Of a DNA stretch of 64,000 nucleotides, positions 49,214 through 61,700 are shown in pieces (the first letter of the stretch is position 1; each line of letters begins with the position of its first letter). The stretch covers positions 20,657,292-20,721,291 of the forward strand of contig OZ316898.1 in NCBI GenBank assembly GCA_973895155.1. Direction: 5' to 3'. The position numbers were made by a program, and so were the translations under genes. Origin of the DNA: Marsupella aquatica (taxonomy: Eukaryota > Plantae > Marchantiophyta). Below the pieces are notes generated by a model that worked only from the letters and a program-made list of their open reading frames with translations, was not told the DNA's origin and did no database searches.

Positions 49214-50590
49214 AGGGTAGCTTTTTAGGTTTTTCCACTTTCGCCAGGGTGGCGCATGTCACCTTGTGTTGTGGAGAAGATGCTAGAAAACATTCTTTCC
49301 CCTAATATTACTAGATTCCATCTGGACCATCCCCCTTAGATTTTAGGATAATCATCGGACAATGACTATGTGACAGACCAGGTGGAAGATGGGCGGAAAA
49401 TGGACTAATGGAAGACATATTTTTCTTCTTTCGCCAGGGTGGCGCATGTCACTTTGTGTTGTGGAGAAGATGCTAGAAACATTCTTTCACGTAATATTAC
49501 TAGCATCTTGTTTGTTGTTGCTTCACCTAACGTTACTAGCATCTTGTTTGTTGTTTGCTTCTTAGTCTTTTGCTTTTTCTAGGTTACTCCTTGACTTGAT
49601 GGGCTTCTTGGGGTCTTTTTCTTCCCCCTTTTTATTGGGTTCTTTCGCCTTTGGGACCATGTCTCTCAGTTTGGCGTTCCTATCTTTTTGACAGTATGAT
49701 ATATATCTTGACCATCTCCCTTAGATTTTAGAATAATCATTGGACTATGACTATGTGACAGACCAGGTGGAAGATGGGCGGAAAATGGACTACTGGAAGA
49801 CAGATCTAGCTAAGTTTTGTCAAAAGTATAGAAGACATTTAGAGGCAAAATGGTGGTGCGCACTCCACAACATGGGGATATGGGTCTCACGCACTGGGGT
49901 AATTTTACAGGTTTTTGGTATTTAGCTGTGGTGGCGAATTGCATGGTGGAGAAGATGCTCAGATTATACCTCATCTATTTTTCTATATTAATTTGTGACC
50001 CTCAGATCTCCCTAGAATTTAAGATAATCATCAGATTAAGACAACATTTAAGATAAAGGGTGGCTTTACAAGAATGAGTGGGTAATTTTCACATACCAAA
50101 TCCAATAGCAACTTTCGCCTCAAATCTAGCTTCCAGGCCTATGTTGAATGGATGAGGTCCTAGGTGGAGAAGGCAATCTATGAATTCGAAGAGATTGAGA
50201 GGATAAAAGTTTAGACGGAACCATGGAAAGCGTGTACAGTTCCCCATTTTGCCACTACTCATCAAAACCCACCAAGTTCCATGTAGGTTAGAGCATACCA
50301 ATGCTAAAGTGGCTGCCACAAGTCTTCCACAGTCAAGAAGTGTCATTCACCTGAAATTAAGCCGGGATTACATCTCAGACTTTTGTCCACTCCCTCTTGT
50401 AAAGCCCCCTTAGATTTTTCAGTGGAATCTAGTGAAGTTTTGCCACTGAGGAAAAAAACTGTTGGACGGCATACTCTGGGAATGTGCACGGTAACTTTCA
50501 ATGTTTTTCCTTTGCCGGGATGGTGATTGTCACCTTGTATGGAGGAGAAGATGCTCAGATTATTACTCATCTGAGTTTCCTAGACTAAAT
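49214..50590 (-). mobile_element. Cluster of degenerate head-to-tail copies of the 45292 hAT MITE
   Basis: Repeated ttcgccagggtggcg...ggagaagatgct...gaccat..ccttagatttta blocks at about 49214, 49428, 49710, 49895 and 50485 match the reverse complement of the 45292-45568 element. Confidence 0.7.
50058..50409. mobile_element. Tourist-like MITE nested in the hAT-MITE cluster
   Basis: GGGTGGCTTTACAAGA ... TCTTGTAAAGCCCCC with TAA/TTA-like flanks. Same TIR family as 43976. Confidence 0.75.
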
Positions 50591-50996
50591 TTTGAGCGTC
50601 AAAATGTTAAAAATTATAAATATAATTTTAATATGAACTATTATCACTTAAAGGAAAGTGTACCTTTTAGAGAGCTTTTGGTGTTGCGTGCGCTCTTAAT
50701 TGGAACCAGAAGGTACAAAGTAAGCTCTCCTACTTATAATGAAAAATCATGCATTGATATGTAGATGTTCTAGTTGAGCCCACTTGTTAGGACTCTGGTG
50801 GGACGGGAGATCCAAGGTTCAACCCAAGCCACAGGCAAGGTTTTTAGATGTAACAAATGTACAGTAGCATTCTGAAAAATTATGCCAGTACCAAAACATG
50901 TAAATGATAAATTAAATTTAAAATTTAGGGGGTAACTGGAACTTGTTAAAGCAAATTTCCAAAATAAGTTAGAGAATGTTGTTAGTAGTTCCAAAC

Positions 50997-51483
50997 AGCT
51001 TTTTATTAACCAGTCCCCCAACCTACCCCATATCACTAGCATGGCCTTCAAACTAAATTATTTATAAATGGCATATTTTAGTATTTGGGTCAGTATTATC
51101 TCATATATGGGTCCTGGTTGCCATGTGACTAGTTGCTTCTGGCTAGCCTTCCCGCTACTACCCCCTTCTCCTTCTCCACTGCTTTTTCCTGAGTAACAAC
51201 GAGGGCCAAAAGTGCCGGGCTTTAGTGAGGGGAGTGTGGAGCAAAAAACAACATTTTTTTCCCTCCCGAACATGTGATTGTGCCCATGCAACGGGAATGG
51301 GAAGGGAGGTCAAGGGGTCACAGTTAAAGCTAGCCAGTAGGGATTTGCCACATGGCAACATGAACCATTATACGAGTTAATATTAACCCAAATACAAAAT
51401 GGGGGGGTGAGTAGATAAGTTCTATTTTGTTTAGGGAGCACATTTATAATATGGGTATTTCGGGGACAGGGTTAGTAAAAGCT
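50997..51483. mobile_element. Foldback / Mutator-like MITE with long imperfect TIRs
   Basis: attttagtatttgggtcagtattatctc...ttgccatgtg...ctggctagc is mirrored by gctagccag...cacatggcaa...gagttaatattaacccaaatacaaaat. The outer segments agctttt.ttaacc.gtcccc / ggggacagggttagtaaaagct also pair. Confidence 0.75.
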
Positions 51484-52420
51484 AGAAATGAGGGGAAAAC
51501 AAAGAGTCTGAGCAGGTCAGGTGGATCTCCCTTATAACAGTTGTGAGACAGAGAGGAACTCATGTCATTTCAGTGAAGTATGAAAGGCAGCTGTTTGGCG
51601 AGCGATGGGCATTCCATCAGCCCATAGCAGTTGATGGGTTGTTGATTGGGGCTGTTAACAAGCTTTTTGGAAATGCTGTAATTTCCTGGCTGCCACCAGC
51701 TTTGACACATCCTGGGCAGGGCAAGTGGAAACTGGACGGCCCAAGAATGATGGTCATGGCCACTACACCATCAGGTAGGTAACAACCTCCGTTGACAGGT
51801 GAACTGAAGGTTACAACATTTGAGGACTACAAAAGTAGCAAAATCTGCATCAGAAATAACTACCATTGACAGCCCTTTCTCACTACTAGTGGGGCTGTTT
51901 GCACTTGGCTGGGAACATTGGTGACGAACCCCTACACATTGTGGCCAGGGCTAGTTGGTGTGCCTCATAGAACCTGCAAACTGACAGCCCAAATCTGATT
52001 CCCTAGCAGTGCCCCCTTTCCATTGCTTGAGCTACACACGTTGATGGTTACACCCCACTCCCAATGTTGGCTCTGCCCCCTATGTCATGTTAGACTGGCG
52101 TTAGTCTAGTCCTAGACCACCACCGTAGGGTCTCTTTATTAGGAGTCGCATGAATACAACCACACATGCTGCGGTAGTCGTCCCTCCACACTTTCTTCCC
52201 CATTGCTATTCGAGACACGGTAGGGCATTCCCCCTTAATTCTTTTTTATGTTCTCCAAAAGGAACCTTTACAGCAAGTAAAAACATTCCCCCCAATAATT
52301 CCACTTTTGAAAACTTTACCAGAAGTAACTTTACCCAACCAACGACAAAACAACCAGCAGTTGGGCACCCGAATTCGTGAGGGTCGGTGGGCCCAGAATT
52401 GGGGGAGGGGGACGAGCGTT

Positions 52421-52739
52421 CAGGGCAATTTTTAAGGTTTGTTCGTTTTCGCCAGGGTGGCCATTCTCACCTTGTCTGCAGGAGAAAATTCATCGCCTAG
52501 CTTTCTTAGATTGATTTTTGACCATTAGATCTCCCTAAAAATTAGGGTAACCATCAAATTCTGGCAAGTGGGGTCTGTGGCTAACATGTAGCTGGCCTTC
52601 AGAAATGCCCTTACAACTCCCTAAATTTCTGGGATAAAGCCTTGGCCCTGGTGTTCAACTTAAGAAGCCCTCGAGCCTGCTACTGTAGTTGAGGTGTTTA
52701 AGGTGCAATTTTTTCCATAAACATGCTGCCAGAACACTG
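52421..52739 (-). mobile_element. Degenerate copy of the hAT MITE family
   Basis: cagggcaatttttaagg...ttttcgccagggtggc...gaccattagatctcccta...aacactg aligns to the reverse complement of 45292-45568. No TSD. Confidence 0.6.
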
Positions 52740-53480
52740 GTTTAGGGTTGCAAATTGGAGGGCCTCATATATGCATGACAGCTCTGAGTGTGAAAATTGC
52801 TAGTAGAATATATATCTACTACTGTAATATCCTATCCAGTCAATGACATCCATCCTCCTTTTACAAAATCAGAAAAAGCATGAACCAATCCTAGCCCTTC
52901 ATTAAAGAATTGTTTTTCTGGCACCGTCAGATTCATCCATACCACTTCAATCTGAATTGCCTCTGCCCGAACTGCCCTTGCCTGCCCTTGCCTGCCCAAG
53001 ATGGAAAAATCAATTAACAACTAATATTGAAATTAAAAAAACTGAATATTGTCTTTAAAGTTTTTGAAAACACTTTGAGTATGATACACAGAAAATCTTA
53101 AAAGTTAAAACAAAAGAGGAAAAAAAGAAACAAAAATATTCCCTCCTTTCACAGGGTTGTGCTTGGACTCGAGATGTGGTGCTATCTTTTGTCACCTGCA
53201 TTTCCCTGCCTCTCCTTGACATTTTTGCTTGACCTTAACAGCTAACCCTCTACTTGACATATTTGCCTTACTCCTACATCTTTGCCTTGATGTCTTGATG
53301 ATGTTTTTCCCTTGTTTTGACAGCTTTGTCTCATTCATTCAACATCTTTGTCTCATTTTTGATGTGATCTGTACAAGGAATGGGCATTGGTCTCATTCTC
53401 CAGAAATATGCGAAACCATTGGTTAATGGCTGCAAATTGAAGGGCAACATACATGCGAAACTTGCTTATCACATACCACA

Positions 53481-53557
53481 ACGAATTCATGCCAACATTG
53501 GTGAAGACTCTGAAATGAGACGAATTCTTGCCAACATTGGTGAAGACTCTGAAATGA
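53481..53557. repeat. 39-bp tandem duplication
   Basis: acgaattc[a/t]tgccaacattggtgaagactctgaaatgag occurs twice. Confidence 0.9.
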
Positions 53558-55785
53558 GGTGCGATTTGACAAATGTTGGCCCCTACAAAAAGCACTAGCA
53601 CAGTGTACTTAGTTAGTGCGGGCTGTGGGACCTACGGTAGGACATCGGGAGGCGAATTGGGGGACGGGTCCGCACCGGTAGTCCGCACCTGAACAAGGGG
53701 GTGGAGCGACCGAGCGTATAGTAGAAGCAGCAGTAGTAGCAGTGGACTACGGTATCACTGTAGTCGCAGTGGGTGGGGCATGGCATGGTATGAAGTGGGG
53801 AGGGGTGGGGCCGAGTGTCGTCATAGGACAGACGTAGTCACGCAGTAGCGTAGTACTAACGAACAGTCCGAGACCCGACAAAGGGAAGAGGGTGCAGGCA
53901 GGCGGGCAGGGAGGCAGGCAGCTCGTCCGGTGTGAGCTCTCCTCGGGTGCTCGCTGGCGTGCTGCTGAAAGTGAATTGAATTCACTGAGCACTGTGCTGC
54001 TGTGTGCGTGGCGGACTTGGCTGGTCTGACTGAGCTCATTGCATTGTCTCACTGCTGATCTGCTGCCTGGGCCTGCCTGCCTTGGGCATTCTTGTGCAGG
54101 CAGGCACAGCCAGCATTGATTGCTCTGCTCCGCTTTGCCTTGCTTTGGTCTGCTGTGTCTGCTTTCCTTTGTTTGCTTTCCGATACAGTACCGTAGTGCG
54201 TGGTTGCTTTGTTCCCGTGATCGGCATTGCTGCGATTCTGCTCCGAAAGCAGTGTTGGGTAGGAGGGGTGCCGTTCCGGGATTGGGGAATGGAGTTTTAG
54301 TTTCCCCGCGAGCTGCTGGAAAAGCGAGCTCGCCATTCCGTGATGATCGGGAGGAGTAGTGTGCTTGCTGCTGCCTACCTGCAACCTCCTACATGCGCTC
54401 ACTGCTACTCTGGCTGCTGTTCTCTGGCTCGCCTGCCTTTCTGCAGGTGCGGTGGGCAGTGTGGGACAGTTCAGAGTCCGAGGAGACGGGGGATGAGAGG
54501 GAATCCGCGAGGAAGGAGAGAAGATGCGAGGGCGAGGAGCAGCAAAGGCTGTGAGCATGTGAATGAACAAAGAGTGGATGTCAAAAAGGAGAGGGGGGTG
54601 TGAGCTTTCGATTGCTTTGCTCTATGTACAGAACGAATTTGGCGATAATGCTGCTGCAGGAGTTAATGCTGGGCAAATGATATCCTGGGATGGGGCCCGG
54701 TGCCAGTAATAATGAGGCAGCAGCGATGATGGCCGTGTCTGCTTGCGTCTGCTAGTAAGGTGTGAGAAGTACAGTGAGCCGACAGGCACAGGGAGAAGGG
54801 AACCCAGAGAGGTAGACATTGTTGAATGAGAGATACTGCCAGGCGAGGGAGAACGGCCGTGGACCTGTTTTTCTACGATGGCACTTAATTGACAAATGAC
54901 GAAGGAGAGAGAAAGGGTTAGTGACGGTAATGTACAATGTTGGACAGCAGATGGAGAGCTAGAGATGTTGGAGGGGGGGGAAAGGACGGGAGAGAAGAAG
55001 CAGATCGAGCAAGTGAATGAGGGAAGTGCCAAGTGCGTCATGGTAAACAATATTGTGAGCTCATAGTAGTAGACTGCTCTGTGATGCGCTCATTGTGATT
55101 GTGGGTGGGATCCCCGCCGTCTGCTCGAAAGTGTTAGACGCAACTACTACCGCTATTACTACTCCTCCAACTCAAGCTCTTACTGCTGGTGCTGGCTGCT
55201 CTGGGATTTGGTGGGCGGAATACATTACACAGACGAGGCAGAGCACAACAGAGAGCCAGGTGTTTTTGTCGCTGGAGTTGTTGTGGTTGTTTCTTTTTGG
55301 TGGTGGAAGGAAGTGCCGAGTTGTTGCTATACTGTTCGTTGGAAAGCAGAACCAACGGAAGGCGTTGGACGGGAGAAGTTGGAGAACAGTTCGGAAGTAC
55401 GACGAGGTTCTGTGTTGCTATGGTGGAAACGAAGTCCGAGGAAGGAGGAGGTGGCGAGAGAGGTAGAAGCTGTGGGGCGTTGGTACACCTCCTAGGTAGA
55501 AGTAATGGGAGTGGTGGTCAGTGTAGTTTGGTCGATTGGTAGTGTCAAGAGTGTGGACGAGACGAAACCGAGGGGGCATGGAGGAAGTGATGGATGGGAG
55601 CAGCTCTTCATCTGGGCGTGAGCTACGGGAGGGCGGGTAGCTTGTTTGTGGAGGACGAGACAGACAGAGGGGTGCATCGGATGGTTCACGAGCTGGCGGT
55701 GGCGGTGGGAAGATTCGACAGAAATCCAAGCAGCTGGAAGGGATTTTCTACCACGGAGCAGCGATAGCTACTGTGGGTATTCACA

Positions 55786-58700
55786 ATGAAGAGCAGCGGA
55801 GAACACAGGCGTGGGCGGAGCATGGGGAGTGCTCCCCCTGCCACAATCCGGTCCGGGGAGAAGGACGAGGATTTGGCTCTTTTCCACGAGATGAAGCGTC
55901 GCGAGAAGCACAATTTCTTACACCCTTCTCCAGACGACCTGGATGCAACTCTCTGTATGTTCCCCCTTTCTCCTCTGTCTCCTTCCTTCACGCTTGCCAC
56001 AACAAGCACCGACATTGTAACTCGGCTCTCTCTCTCGCTCTCACACTCTCTCTCTCTGTGTCTCTCTCGCTCTCTCTGTGTCTCTCTGCAGCAATGTAGG
56101 TGCCCTAGAGCGTCCCCTGACCAGAATTTGTCATCCCAACTTCTTAGTGATAAATGGCAGTGTTGACAAATTGAACTGAAGTTTCTGTGAATGGAGTTGC
56201 TTGATTATCACCCATGTTGGCCTCTCGAGCTGCAGCTCTGCATTTGCTGCATTGGACTGGTTCCTGAACGTCTCTGGCTCACGTTGGTGGAAGCGTAGTC
56301 ATGTAATCTGTGATCATAGACGACATGATGCTATCGGATACAGAGAGGAGTGGATTACTTGCAGATAATGGTGCCTTCGGATTTATTTCTGTGACGTGAA
56401 GAAAGGCTGAATTTCACAAAATTCGGAAGTTGTTGTCTTACCATTCTTGATAGGAGGGACGATGGGAGAGTTGGAGAGGGAGAGGATAGCGGATGGAGTG
56501 ATCATAGATGACATGGGAACTTTGTCTGTATTGCAGCATCAAAGTTTGGGGGAATGGGTGCGCCCACCAAGAAGCCTGGAACGGACTTATTAACGTCAGA
56601 ATCCGATAAGAATGATTATGATTGGTAAGAGCTGAAAGTGTATACCTTCATTTGTTTCCCCTATATAAATTCTATAAATTCGATTTATCTGCTCAAACGG
56701 TGCCCCGGGTCACGACCACGGTGTGAGGGTTATATTATTCCCTATCAAACGAATTTGCGAACCGGTGTACAACTAACTTTCTGGATCTTGTGGGTGCAGG
56801 CTGTTGACTCCCCCGGGCACACCCTTGTTCCCGTCCCTAGACCAAGAAGCTGCAGCTCTAGCCGTGCTGTCTCCTGCTCTTTCCAATGGCAGTTACAGTA
56901 GTGCATCTTCTGCCTCGAAATCTCTCAAGGTAAGGATACTTATGAGAACCGCAACGTCAGTATGATCCTCGGTATCGACTGCCGGGAACCGTTCGTTCGG
57001 TTTGTTACCCTTCTTTTTAATGTTGAGAGCTATGGTGTATATTTCCATGAAATTCACTCATCCTTGATGTGTGTTACCACCGGACTGCTCAAGTTCGCTG
57101 CCGAGTCCCAGTCTCTCCATTCCTGCTTGCCTATTTTTCGCGATTCCTGAATATATATCCTTTCCCCTGGTGGAGTCTAGATCGCCCAGGATTTCACTCA
57201 AGGGCAATGAATGTGAACCCCTTGACGATTTCCTCGTCACGACTAGATACACTGTGATCTCTTGTCATTCGATGAGTGATTGGAAGAAAATTGTCACTGC
57301 ATTGTCCGCTCTTGATTGTGTCGTATCTTTTGGCACGAGGTCCCTGGTAGGCACTTTCTGAGTTGTTGAGGCACATCTTCAGCAAATTTTGTGACTTACC
57401 TTTGGACGTGACTTGTCGAAGTGTTATTGCAAGCCGTGGAACAAAGTGCCGTGTACTTTATCTCTGCAAGTTAGTCCCGTCCTTAATGGCTGCAATGTGC
57501 ATGAGTGTGTGTAGTCATCAACGTATTCACCTGCGGAATCCGTCAAAGGGAGCCGTGGCAATCCGAGTCCTCGGCGACAAACGTCAACGAGTTCGAGTAC
57601 TCCAAATGGTATATCCAGGTCAAGATCGTCTCCTAGCACCGCTGCCATCCTTACAAGGCCCTCTACTCCAACTTCTACAGGTGGGACGAGACCCTCCACA
57701 CCAACGTCGAAGTCATCCACACCCGCAGTTCGATCTTCTACTCCCAATCTGAAGCTAACCATTTCACATTCAGCCAAGTCCTATTCTAATGCCACAACAC
57801 CCACAGGGACGAGACCCTCTACTCCAACCCCCAGATCATCTACACCAACTCCCAGGCCCTCTACTCCCGGTGGCCGATCTTCTACACCTACCTCGAAACC
57901 GTCCACTCCCACTATGCGCCGAAGCTTGTCTGGGGGTAGGACGGGCATAACATCACCTTCTCCGACTACCACCCGTGGTGGTCCATCTCCGAAGCGAAGC
58001 ACCTCAGCCTCTCGAGGAAATTCCCCTTCCGCTAAGAGAATCACCTCTGTAATCACCTCTATTGCTGGAATGCCTTCTGAAGCCCCTCCTAACTTGAGGA
58101 CAACAATGCCAGAGAGGTCAACATCCAATGGCAAGAGTGGCCACTCCAATGGCTCTAATTATAATAATGTCGAAGATTCTGCCCAGAGTAGACGACGACC
58201 GAGGTCACCCAGTGTAGCTCGAAGTTTCAGCTCTTCCAGCAGCCAGGAGCAACGGACCAGCTCTCAGACGAGCAGAGGTTCTGTCATATCTTCTTACGAT
58301 GATGGTCTAGAGGTCAACCGTCCGTCATCCTATGGAATCGGTCGCAATTCTTCCGCTGGTAAATGGCATGCTACTGCCCATGATGAAGTGTTGACTGGGA
58401 AGGTCAGTGCTTATGGGAAGCGAGTTGCGAAGTCATCTTCTTCAAGGGATACCTCAGGATATGGGGTTGCACCTTCAAAGAAATCTTCAGATCTGGTGAA
58501 GCGGCCTGTGGTATGTCAACCAGCTTAGTTCAGTATTTTACTTCTGAATGCAGTCCTTTTTCAGTTGTGTCTCATTTAGTGGTCAGGTGCGTTCTTATCC
58601 ATAGCACATCGTAACCTCCCCAGCATTCTGTTCAGCAATTTCCACTGGCAGTTGCGCTGAAGTTCTTGGCACCTATGCATGTTGACCACGTATATGGGAT

Positions 58701-61700
58701 TGGGATTCAAGTAGTTACAATGGGTGTGGAAAGCTAGTCGTCGTTATTATGATGGCACTCTACTGACTTCGCGTTGTGAACGGTGTAGGATGCTTATCAG
58801 AATTCCCCAGCATCAGCTTACAGACATCTCCATTCGAACAGCCCAGTGTCTCCATTCTACAGCACTAGGACAAATAGTTTGCTTCTCAGGGCAGGAGTTG
58901 CCATGAATTCGTCAATGACAACCAGCAGCAATGCGAGCTCAGAACATGGCACCACCGTTGCTGCCGATACTGAAGGAAGTGAAAGAGATGAGGACGACCT
59001 ACTCAGCTGGGATAGCTATGGCAGAAGAGCATCCATGAGTCCCAGGTTGCAGCAGGCTGACATCTTGGTACTCGACAAGGACGAGGAAAAGACGGTTCCT
59101 TGGCAAGACGCTCTGTTTGAGCGAGCAAATAGTCATGGACCTTCGTCATCTCACAGCCAGGGAAGCCAGAGCACCCTTGATGCAGAAGTCACTGGTTTTT
59201 ACGAGACCGATGGGATTGCAAGCCTGGAGATGCTCGAGCAATTGGGCCTCATGGGGGAGAATTACCAGCTTAAGAAGAATAGTTCTTCCAAAATGAGGTC
59301 ATCTGGAAAGAGAGCCAGCAGCGCAGACAATATGAAGATTACCAACGTGAATGATTACGGAGTCCCCAGGATTTCCCCATCCAAGATCTCTCAGGAAGGC
59401 CAGGGAAGTCTTGCTCGGCATTTGGTACAACATCCAGAGAAGCAGGAAATTCCAGAGCGTTCAAAGAGTAGTCGCGATTTTGACTCAAAAATTCCAGCCC
59501 ACTTGGTATTCCAGGAGAATCTGGGAAGTCCTGCAAGACATTTGGCAAATTCGGAGAAGCAGCAGGAGGTCCCAGAGCGCCCAAGGAAAAGCCGGGACTT
59601 TGAGTCCAAGACTTCCCCTCACCGCAGGTTATCTCTGGAAGGCCAAGGAAGTCCTTCTCGGCGTTTGCCACAACTTGAGAAGCAGGATAGTTTAGAGCGC
59701 CTAAGGAGAAGCCGGGAAATTGAGTCCAAGACTTCTCCTCACCGCAGGTTCTCTCTGGAGGGCGGCCAGGGAAGTCCTTCTCGGCATTCGCCACAACGTG
59801 AGAAGCAGGACAAATTAGAGCGCCCAAGAAGAAGCCAGGATTTTGAGACAGAGCTGATGAGGAGAAGCGGGGAGAAATTACTGGGAGTAGTAGAGCCACA
59901 AGTGCCCAGTTCTGAGATCCGGGCCGCTTGTTTATTTGTGAGAGACTTCAAGGTTGGGTTGTCACCTTCCCACAACCAGGATTCACCTGGGCAAGCTCAG
60001 GACAACTCGCCTGGAGTCAAAAGGCAGGGAAGTGAGGACATGGATAACTCACCGGGACATAAAAGGCTTGGAATTGAGGAGGTGGAGATGAAGTTGAGGG
60101 ATGAGCTCTCGTATGACTGGGACAACTCGGTGGAGAAGGTGGACCAGCCAATCATGGGTCTCAACGGAGACACCGAGAACAAATTAAGTGATTCCCCAAT
60201 CCTTGTCTCGCGCACAAAGAAGAATGTAGGGGGCCCCAAGTCCTCTGCACGCCTCAGTCTGGAGTTTCCATTCTCACCAGCTGATACAGTGTACCAAACG
60301 AAGATCAACGATACTCTTACCGCTACAGAAATGTCGAAGCCTGTGGGCGCAATCGACGCAAATGAGCCTGACCGTACACTGCTCAAGGATGTGGAGTTGG
60401 GCCATCCCATTTCGATGAATGGCACACCAACTAGTGCAGAGATTGATGATTCATGTGTCCATGACGGAGCAATGGATGAGAGCGAGGCTGAGTCTCCACC
60501 ACACAAAGAATTAGATATGAATTCTCCCATCCCACCAGAAAGGAGTCGACCTAATGCCCTGGATTACAATAAATTCGACCTCCAAAGAGCTGCGATTCGG
60601 GATACATTGCAATTCACCAGTCAACTGCTGGGAATCCAATCTGATCTGAGTGATGATGGGGTCTATGCGATGGATGAGGACGTAGCAGAAGTGCATTGCC
60701 CTGAGGATGTTACCACAGCATCTGTGAGCGAAGAAGAACTATCGGTTCTGGAGGAATCCATGGAAGGAGGGCATGTCCACATGATGGAAGAGCAACGCAT
60801 CATGGAAGAGCAACGCATCAGTCCAATGGATGTAGATGAAGTTAGCATTGCAGTGCCTGAGAACAGAAAAGGAGCGGGTGGAAAAAATGACAACTTTTTG
60901 CAAGCTGGGCCAGAGCAAAAGGCTGCTCATGAAGAGGAGGTGGAAGTATTGCAGTCCTCTGAGGAAGATGCTGCTGGTGAAGGGCTTTGCAAAGTGCGCT
61001 ATTCAGAGACAGGTAATGAACAAAGTGTTGTGGATGAACAGGACGGAATGTGGTACTCTGAAGCAGATAATCAACAAGACGTTGTTGAAAGCTTTCTTGA
61101 GGCTGTTCCATTCTCATTGGAGACAAATGGCTCCAAAGTAGTGGAGAAAGAGCTTTGCTACGTAGAGGATGGACGTGACGTGATTGTAGTGGAATCTGAT
61201 GGAGTGCATGTCTCAGAGAGACAAGTTGAACAAGGAGTTTACAGCAATGGCAATCACCTTCGTCCAAGTTCGGAATCTCCTACTATCCCAGAGAAGGACT
61301 CTATTTCCCATCATGACATGGAAAGCGTCTTGACAAATCTGGCGGATGATCACAGCCCACAAAAGCTGCCTGGACATTCATACAAAATGTCTCCAGTAGA
61401 TATGAAGGAGATTGCCCCCCCACCGAATCTAGAACTCTGCTCGGCTAGAATTGAGGATAATCAAGACTCTGCGGTGCATCAGTGCTACAACACAAGTGTC
61501 GACCATGCTCGAAAAGACCTGGTATGTGTTCTCATGTCGGACGGGACCCAAGATCCTAATGTCGAGCAAGTTGCTGCTAAAGAAAGTCAAGGTGTTGTCA
61601 ATGGTGTCTTTGACATGAGCAGACGGCAGGGACAGGAGGACTTTCAGAGCCTGGAGTACGTTGATGGGGATTTTGAAGGGAGCCAAGATCTTATTGTCGA

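Noticed and set aside
50772-50840. tRNA gene (B-box-like GGTTCAACCC)
   Set aside because: No cloverleaf or acceptor stem. At most a decayed tRNA-derived SINE head.
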